From IMG/VR virus record IMGVR_UViG_3300030012_002336, positions 1 through 64,000 of that record: a stretch of 64,000 bases of DNA; one strand, 5' to 3'. The notes beneath the pieces are model-generated. The model was not told the DNA's origin, searched no databases, and saw only the letters and a list, made by a program, of their open reading frames with translations. The DNA comes from a virus (Duplodnaviria; Caudoviricetes). Positions 57,389 through 64,000 of this stretch are shown here, one piece after another. A program made the position numbers and the translations under genes. Every line of letters starts with the position of its first letter. Positions within the stretch are counted from its first letter, which is position 1.

Positions 57389-60300
57389 TATAAATTATTC
57401 TTTTTATATGCATTTTCATCAGCAATATTCTGTGTTGCTACATTAATCATATATTGTTCTAAAGCTGCTTTTAATTCAAGAATTTCATCAGCTCTATATA
57501 TTCTTTCATCTGGTATAATTTGAGCAGGAACTACTGCTAAAGCATCATCACTCCATTTATAGTCTTGAACCCTTGCTTTAAACTGACCACCTCCAATATG
57601 TTCTATAATAGCTGTACCAGCATTTGGTAATTGCATTTTATATATTTGCTCATCAGTAGTCATTATATATTTAGCTAATTGATCTACAGCATATGATGAA
57701 TCCATATTTCTATTTTGATCTAAATCTTTTCTCATATACATTACTATACCATTAGTCATAATCTTTTGATATGCTTCCAAACCATCTTTACTTAATTTAA
57801 CTTTATAATTACCTTGTAGTGTTTCTGCTGGTTCTCCAAATGATATTCCATCTTTATTTACAATTGCTCCAAGCATGTCTTCTATAATTGGTCCTGATTG
57901 TACATTAGGTTGTAATTTATATGCTGTAAAAGAATAGTCACCATCAGGCCCTAACTCATTAGATCCTGTCTTACTCCATGAAATATCAAAAATAGATCTT
58001 CTAGTATCATTCTTCTGAGCCATTAATAAATAATCTATCATTTGTTCCATAATTTGATTTGCAGCAATATTATTTTTGTCATTTATTAAAGCATTAACAT
58101 CAGCTCCAAAACCTGTTTCACTAGTTTTTGGTATACTAGCTTGCCAATCTTTACCAGGAACCCTACTTCTTAATACTTCAGCCATGTTTAAAAGAAAATG
58201 TGTTGCATCTGTAGGAACTCTTTCACCATCTACCATTTGATATTTAGCATATGTATTATCAAAATAAGCATCCATAATAGGATCTAACTTTACATCTTGC
58301 CCCATTTGTGGTAAATTGCCACTTATAAAATCTTTATAATTAAATGAATACTTACCAGGAGCATCACCTTCTCTCATTAGTATTTGTAAATTTTGTAGCA
58401 TACCTACATTATCAGCATCTGATAATCTTTCTTCTCCTTCTGCATTATCTGAACTACTTTCACCATCATAAATCTCATAAGCTAACTCTCTTAATGCTTC
58501 TATTTTTTCATCATTAGATTTTTCATCTCTTAAGAGACTCCCTATCATAGTACGTCTTGTGGCATATGGTGCAAAAACCCATGTACCAGGGTTATTATCA
58601 ATTCCCAAACCTAATGGAAATCCATCTCCCGAAGGTTGTTCCTCCCAAAAGAAAGATTGTGCAAGTAGTGGATTCTTTTCAAATATATCTATTTTGTCTC
58701 TATCATTAAAAGAATACTCTTTTGTAATTCTTCCAGGTTGAGCTTTTGTAGAAAACACAGCATATTTATGATTTTTATTTAAATAATCTAAAACATCCTG
58801 AATATTACCATCATTAGTTGCCATTGCTACTACTTGATCAGCAAAAGTTTCTTTATCTACAATTACATATGTACTATCACTATAATTATTATACCTACCT
58901 GAACCGTCAGTATTAGGTGATAATATTGAACTTATACTTTCTCCATTTAGTCCCATCTTTAATTGCTTTTCAGTCTGTACTAAAGGAGGAAAACCTTTTT
59001 GATTAACAGCATTGTCTGTTACATTCTCTGATTGTAAGTTTTTTAAAATTCTATTATATTCTTTTTCAGCATTTACAAATAACCCTTTTTCTACATCTAA
59101 TGCACCTAAGATATTTACAAGACTCATATAAGCTTGAGGCTTTTGATTAAATATAGGTGACCCAGAATTTAAAAGTATATCTTGTTCAATTATAGGGCCA
59201 TTAGGATCACCAGGTATTACACTTCTATATCCTGATGTTAATGTGCTATCTACTTTTGCTCTAAAGTGATTAACAAATGCATCTTTATTTGTTTCATTAA
59301 CAGCTAATGAATAGTCTTTTATCAAATCATCAACACTTCCAGTTTTATAAATTGTATCTGATCCAGTGGCTGTATTATTAACAACAGGATATCTAAACTG
59401 AGTTCCTAAACTATCAGGAACTACATATGGAGAATTTTGAAACTCATCTGACATTGAACCTATTTTTAAAATAAAGTCATTTGTTAATAGATCTATTTTG
59501 CTCATCTGATCATTTCTATCAATCTGCATTTTATCTAATATATTAAACTCTTGCTTTTCTATATTTTCTGCTAAGTCTTCATTATAATTTTTAAAATCAA
59601 ATGCTTTTGGTTTTGCATCTTTAAAGCTATCATATATAGATCCAGTAAGACCGTCTGCTATATTCTTTAAATCTTGACTATACTTTGCAGTTTTTCTAGC
59701 TTCTGCTCCTCTTAATGCTATTTCATTTAATCTATTTTGAGCTTTAAAACCTTCTAAAGCCCACTGAAAGTCTTGTTGTTTTTTTAACTTTGCTAATTCA
59801 TTAACTTTAAAAGTCTGTTTTGCACCAATTCTACTATAAGCACTTCCAGCTTCTTTTAACTTAGGTCCTACTGTTAATATACTATATGCTTGATATGCTG
59901 TTGATAAAAGTTTATCTAAATCATTAGCCGGTGCTTTTAATGTTTGTACTTGTCTTTGTATTAGATCTTTATTTTTTTTTGCTAAATCTAATTCAAATGC
60001 TTTTTGCATTATTATATTTTCAGAAGGGCTACCTGGTATTATATTATATTTTTGTTTATACTCTTCCCAACTTTTTTTCTCACCCTCTAAATTGTTTTCT
60101 AAAGACTCAGCCTCGGATAAATCCATTATTCCAGCATCTACAGCTTGATTTATATAATCTTGTGCCCAAAATTCATATGCATTTTGCTCACTACCATATT
60201 CTGCAATATTATCTGGATTAGTAGCAAAATTTCTTGCATTTACATATGCTTCTGTCTGCATACCTAATTGAACTTTAGGATCTGTAAGCATAGTATTTTT

Positions 60301-61032
60301 TAAATAATTAAATGTATCATCAACAGTTATAGGTATAGGTTCACCATCTCTATCTAACTTATAATCTTTACCATTATCAGCTAGCTCATATCCTATAATT
60401 CTATTAGTTAATGCAGTTCCATTTGTTGTAGTTATCATCCAATCTCCATTAGGAGTTGTTTGTTCAAAAGTTAAACCAGATGCTTTTAAAGATTCAAATG
60501 CCCTTTCAAAATAGTTTGGATTATCAACATAAGAAGGTAACCCCATATTCCTAGCACCTTGAGTTGTAGCATTTTTAAAATCATCTATGTGCATGTTTAA
60601 TCTATCCACACCTATTTGCCACCATTTATTATTATCTTCTGGGTTAGGAGAGTTGAAATAAAAGTTAGCTTTTTCCATTTGATCACTAACTCTTTTAGTA
60701 AAGGCCATGTCCTTTCTTATATCTTGATCATCATAAAAAGGTCTAAATAAACCTTTAGCTGCATCAACATTTTGTTGTAATGATAAGTCTAAACCTGCTA
60801 TTTGTTTTAACCCTTCAGTTAATCTATTTGCATACTGATCTCTTCTCTCAATATTCTCTTCTCTTGTTAGAGGTGCGTTAACAACATCATTATATAAATT
60901 ATTTAATGATCTAAAGTTTGTATCATACCTATCTTGTCTGATAGTTAATACATCAGATAGAAACTTATAGTCCGGCTTAAACGGCTCTAAATTCGGTATG
61001 TAATCCTGTACTCCAGGTAAATATGTAGCCAT
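57388..61032 (-). CDS. large virion ejection/cargo protein
   Basis: 1214 aa, helical, coupled to vRNAP gene as in crAss-like gene order. Confidence 0.75.
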   Translation of the reverse strand: MATYLPGVQDYIPNLEPFKPDYKFLSDVLTIRQDRYDTNFRSLNNLYNDVVNAPLTREENIERRDQYANRLTEGLKQIAGLDLSLQQNVDAAKGLFRPFYDDQDIRKDMAFTKRVSDQMEKANFYFNSPNPEDNNKWWQIGVDRLNMHIDDFKNATTQGARNMGLPSYVDNPNYFERAFESLKASGLTFEQTTPNGDWMITTTNGTALTNRIIGYELADNGKDYKLDRDGEPIPITVDDTFNYLKNTMLTDPKVQLGMQTEAYVNARNFATNPDNIAEYGSEQNAYEFWAQDYINQAVDAGIMDLSEAESLENNLEGEKKSWEEYKQKYNIIPGSPSENIIMQKAFELDLAKKNKDLIQRQVQTLKAPANDLDKLLSTAYQAYSILTVGPKLKEAGSAYSRIGAKQTFKVNELAKLKKQQDFQWALEGFKAQNRLNEIALRGAEARKTAKYSQDLKNIADGLTGSIYDSFKDAKPKAFDFKNYNEDLAENIEKQEFNILDKMQIDRNDQMSKIDLLTNDFILKIGSMSDEFQNSPYVVPDSLGTQFRYPVVNNTATGSDTIYKTGSVDDLIKDYSLAVNETNKDAFVNHFRAKVDSTLTSGYRSVIPGDPNGPIIEQDILLNSGSPIFNQKPQAYMSLVNILGALDVEKGLFVNAEKEYNRILKNLQSENVTDNAVNQKGFPPLVQTEKQLKMGLNGESISSILSPNTDGSGRYNNYSDSTYVIVDKETFADQVVAMATNDGNIQDVLDYLNKNHKYAVFSTKAQPGRITKEYSFNDRDKIDIFEKNPLLAQSFFWEEQPSGDGFPLGLGIDNNPGTWVFAPYATRRTMIGSLLRDEKSNDEKIEALRELAYEIYDGESSSDNAEGEERLSDADNVGMLQNLQILMREGDAPGKYSFNYKDFISGNLPQMGQDVKLDPIMDAYFDNTYAKYQMVDGERVPTDATHFLLNMAEVLRSRVPGKDWQASIPKTSETGFGADVNALINDKNNIAANQIMEQMIDYLLMAQKNDTRRSIFDISWSKTGSNELGPDGDYSFTAYKLQPNVQSGPIIEDMLGAIVNKDGISFGEPAETLQGNYKVKLSKDGLEAYQKIMTNGIVMYMRKDLDQNRNMDSSYAVDQLAKYIMTTDEQIYKMQLPNAGTAIIEHIGGGQFKARVQDYKWSDDALAVVPAQIIPDERIYRADEILELKAALEQYMINVATQNIADENAYKKNNL

Positions 61033-61037
61033 AATAC

Positions 61038-61050
61038 TAAGATACTAAAA
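61038..61050 (-). promoter_or_regulatory. late-motif variant TTTTAGTATCTTA
   Basis: 5 nt upstream of ATG 61032. Confidence 0.45.
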
Positions 61051-61091
61051 TTTTATAAGTTTTTCTTTTTTTCATTTTACACTTTTTAAGT

Positions 61092-63998
61092 TTAACGTCT
61101 TGTTCTTTTTAAAAAGTCATTAAGTGCCATACCACTTTTAGCAAGTCTTAACTCTCTACCTCTTCTAGATATATTATCATAACCACTATTTTTAACAGCA
61201 TCTGCATCAGTGTTTGTACTTTGATTATTAAAGGTTTTATTCCACTCAATAAAATTAGGAAGCTGCTCTTCAGGTATACCTTTTAGTATTGCATCATGAT
61301 ACCAATCTAGGTATTGACTTTTTGAATCTCCAGGACTTATATAGTTAGGATCTTTATTAAACTCCTTTGGATTTACAATATCAATGAATCCCCCTGTGCC
61401 AGGCATAACATTAAAGTTAGGATACAAAGTGTTCATATTATATGTATTCGCTGCATTAGTATACATATTTTGCATTTGCTTTGTAATCTCTGCATTAGCT
61501 TTTCTTAATGAGTTGTCATAGTTTTGTTCTGTTAATACAGTATTATCATATAACTTTTTTAATTCAGTATTATTTAATAACTGTGTTTTATACTTAATTT
61601 CTGCATTCTTTGCATCTACTGTATTAGCTATAGTTATATTATCATTCTGCACTCTATTCATTACATCAGCTATTTGTGCTGCTGCTTTACCCTGAGCTTT
61701 TGCTTGTACAGCTGCCGCTCTTTGTGGCCCGGAAAAAGCAGACGCAGTATCTGCAGCAATAACAGCTTGTTCACCTATTGCAGCTATTTCTCTTTCTGGA
61801 TCTTTGAATACAGGATCAAGTAAATTTTCATTATACTTGGGTGCCCATGGATAATACTTTTTAAGACTCATTTTAGCATCTAAAGCATTAGCCAAACCCA
61901 TCTTATCTTGTAACCAAAACTCGGGATCTGGAGGTGTTGTAACATCAATATCTGGCACATCTATTTCTTTCAAACCTCCTTGACATATACATCCCTCTCC
62001 TGTTTCTGGATTATAAGGAATAAATGTACCACCTTGCTCATCACATTGGGCTTTTATCTCTGCAGCGTTAGCACAGTCAGTAGTTTCTGTTATAGCATTT
62101 TCTATATTAAAAAGAAAATCATTTCCCATATATGAACTCATTTTAGAAGCATTAGCATCTGCATCTAACTGATTAGTATCAATATTTTGATTTGTATTTA
62201 TATCAAAATTTTGACCAGGCATTTTACTTAATATAGCACCAGAATTAATTGCAGCCATCATATGAGCTCCTTCTTCTTCATTAAATGCCGGAATAGGATT
62301 ACCATCTACATCAACTAAACCAAGTTTTTGATACTCTTGATTGTAATACCAGTTTTTACCTACACGTTCTCCTTTTCTCCAAACGTTACCTCTATATTTT
62401 TTACATCTTTTATTTCTAATATCATCTTCTGTACATGTATCATCCTTAGTCCATTTAAATTGACTATCCCAATTTGGATCATCTCTATATAAAGGATTAT
62501 CTTTTGCTTTTTGATTTAATGCATCAGCAACTCTATTATGATGAGCGTACATTCTGTGAAACTCTTCTTCTGATAAAGGTTCAAAGTTTGGATTTTTCTT
62601 TAAAAATTTTGAATCTCCACTTTTCTGATCTTCTATATATGTTTTATATATTTGATATCTTTTATTTCTATAAGCTTCTTGTTCAGGACTCATATACCAA
62701 TCACTCCAACTATCATAACCATCATAATTTTTTTGTATAGTTTGAATATCTCTCTCAGATACATTTACAGATTTTCTCTCTACTTCATTATAATTTTGTG
62801 CATATGCTTTTAAAATTAACTCATAAGTATCAGGATCAGTATTTTTTAATCTTGCAAGCTCAATCTTATTACTAATAATTGTTCCATCTCCTAACTCTAT
62901 TGGAAATGCATTTTTATTTAAAGATTCTGTTAACTCTTCTCCTGTTGCTGCTTTTGGAAGCTCACCTCCTTCACTCATTGTCTCTAATGTATCTCCTGCA
63001 GCAAAAGAAGATCCCACATAATAAGGACTTGTTTTATCTGTATAGTTAAGATTACTTTCATCTGTAAAATTTAAATCATCATCTTTCTCTGCATAAGGAT
63101 TTTGATTTTGTTGCAACTTTTGAAAAAGCTCCATTATTTCTTTATTATTATCCTTTACATAGTTTTCTTGATTATCTAAAGCATTATCTAATTCATCTTC
63201 TTCTCTAGCAATAGTATTTTCTATTCTATTCTCATAAACTTGTTTATATGCCTCTAAATAAGCAGCATTTGGTTCAGAAGGTGGAGGATTACCATCTTTA
63301 ATATGTTTAACCCAATACTCTACTGTAGCTTCATCAATATTTTCTTGTTGAGATTGAGAATTAGTAAGGTTTGTTTGTATTATTAAATCTCTTTCTTGTT
63401 TAGCTAACTTTGCTAACTCTGCATTTAATCTTTTTAACTCTTCATTAAAATCAGTTAACTTTGATATTTGTTGTTGATTAGTAACAGTTTTATCATTATT
63501 ATTAGTTTGTATAATAGAAGCTTCTAAAGGTGTAGTGCTTGTTAAAGGTTGACCATCATAAGTTTGAGTAGGAACATTAAAGTTAGGAATATTTAATCCT
63601 GCAGTACTCATATTATCCATTGGGAAAAACATATCAGGCATATCATATTCACCTCTAGTTTGATATTTATCTAACTCACCTCCCTCTTCTAAGTCAGCAA
63701 GTGGCATAGTATCCATATCAGGAGTTTGCATATCTGTTTCTAATTCCCTATTATCTAACTTTATAGGATCATTAATAACTCTATTTTCTTCAGTTTTTTC
63801 TATTTGTCTTTGTATATTTTGAACTTGAGCTTTTAACTCCATAACCTTTTCTCTTACCTCTATAGGTAATTGCATAATAGCTTTTAACTCTGCTTGCTCT
63901 TTAGTTATGTTTTCTACTTTTTGACTAAATTCAATTGGATTAACTCCTTGTTTTTGCAAGTAAGGATATGATGCTAAAGGTACACCATCTTCAAACTC
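61092..63998 (-). CDS. virion internal/ejection protein, 5' truncated
   Basis: Frame stays open from the track's TTG 63959 to the window edge (EFEDGVPLASYPY); xxxGG motifs; Ala/Gln-rich coiled coil. Confidence 0.75.
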   Translation of the reverse strand, partial: EFEDGVPLASYPYLQKQGVNPIEFSQKVENITKEQAELKAIMQLPIEVREKVMELKAQVQNIQRQIEKTEENRVINDPIKLDNRELETDMQTPDMDTMPLADLEEGGELDKYQTRGEYDMPDMFFPMDNMSTAGLNIPNFNVPTQTYDGQPLTSTTPLEASIIQTNNNDKTVTNQQQISKLTDFNEELKRLNAELAKLAKQERDLIIQTNLTNSQSQQENIDEATVEYWVKHIKDGNPPPSEPNAAYLEAYKQVYENRIENTIAREEDELDNALDNQENYVKDNNKEIMELFQKLQQNQNPYAEKDDDLNFTDESNLNYTDKTSPYYVGSSFAAGDTLETMSEGGELPKAATGEELTESLNKNAFPIELGDGTIISNKIELARLKNTDPDTYELILKAYAQNYNEVERKSVNVSERDIQTIQKNYDGYDSWSDWYMSPEQEAYRNKRYQIYKTYIEDQKSGDSKFLKKNPNFEPLSEEEFHRMYAHHNRVADALNQKAKDNPLYRDDPNWDSQFKWTKDDTCTEDDIRNKRCKKYRGNVWRKGERVGKNWYYNQEYQKLGLVDVDGNPIPAFNEEEGAHMMAAINSGAILSKMPGQNFDINTNQNIDTNQLDADANASKMSSYMGNDFLFNIENAITETTDCANAAEIKAQCDEQGGTFIPYNPETGEGCICQGGLKEIDVPDIDVTTPPDPEFWLQDKMGLANALDAKMSLKKYYPWAPKYNENLLDPVFKDPEREIAAIGEQAVIAADTASAFSGPQRAAAVQAKAQGKAAAQIADVMNRVQNDNITIANTVDAKNAEIKYKTQLLNNTELKKLYDNTVLTEQNYDNSLRKANAEITKQMQNMYTNAANTYNMNTLYPNFNVMPGTGGFIDIVNPKEFNKDPNYISPGDSKSQYLDWYHDAILKGIPEEQLPNFIEWNKTFNNQSTNTDADAVKNSGYDNISRRGRELRLAKSGMALNDFLKRTRR

Positions 63999-64000
63999 TT

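Noticed and set aside
36482-62740. Many short + strand ORFs inside the giant minus-strand genes
   Set aside because: Antisense shadows rich in Ser/Leu/Phe/Ile, fully nested, no motifs
1-64000. Stop-codon reassignment, as in some crAss-like phages
   Set aside because: Long genes are intact in the standard code; TAA, TAG and TGA all end genes; the tRNA loop CTTCTAA centres on TCT, not a CTA suppressor
1-64000. Prophage or integrative element
   Set aside because: No integrase, att site, repressor cassette or flanking host housekeeping genes recognised in the window

Overview
A 64 kb, AT-rich, gene-dense segment of a lytic crAss-like (Crassvirales-type) phage, read in the standard genetic code. 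The host is probably a Bacteroidota/Flavobacteria species, judging from TAnnTTTG promoters and a T9SS-tagged cargo gene. Positions ~330-24390 (+ strand) form an early/replication block: tRNA-Arg(UCU), HNH, SF2 helicase, NinB-like protein, DnaA-C-like HTH, DnaB, Sak4-like ATPase, SSB-like proteins, primase, RusA-like resolvase, a DUF6878/DUF6915/vWA-peptidase/MoxR module, PD-(D/E)xK nuclease, UDG, family B polymerase, DUF932 and a spore-photoproduct-lyase-like radical SAM enzyme. Positions ~24470-64000 (- strand) form a late block: small basic and beta-rich virion-type proteins, a 3TM holin, an operon of envelope proteins, and four large ejection-type proteins including a 5225-aa virion RNA polymerase polyprotein. 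A + strand class II RNR island interrupts this block. Terminase, portal and capsid genes were not recognised and probably lie beyond the right edge. Best leads: (1) a phage-encoded envelope operon (Cys/Asp-repeat T9SS cargo, outer-membrane beta-barrel, redox-inactive thioredoxin fold, membrane protein); (2) the MoxR/vWA module flanked by three proteins sharing a helical motif; (3) the SPL-like enzyme; (4) a shared C-terminal G[PA]N[GS][VL]L tag on small basic late proteins; (5) a pseudoknot RNA between the SSB-like and primase genes; (6) a late-promoter motif that reveals an unannotated membrane peptide. All family assignments come from motif recognition by eye; no database search was run.
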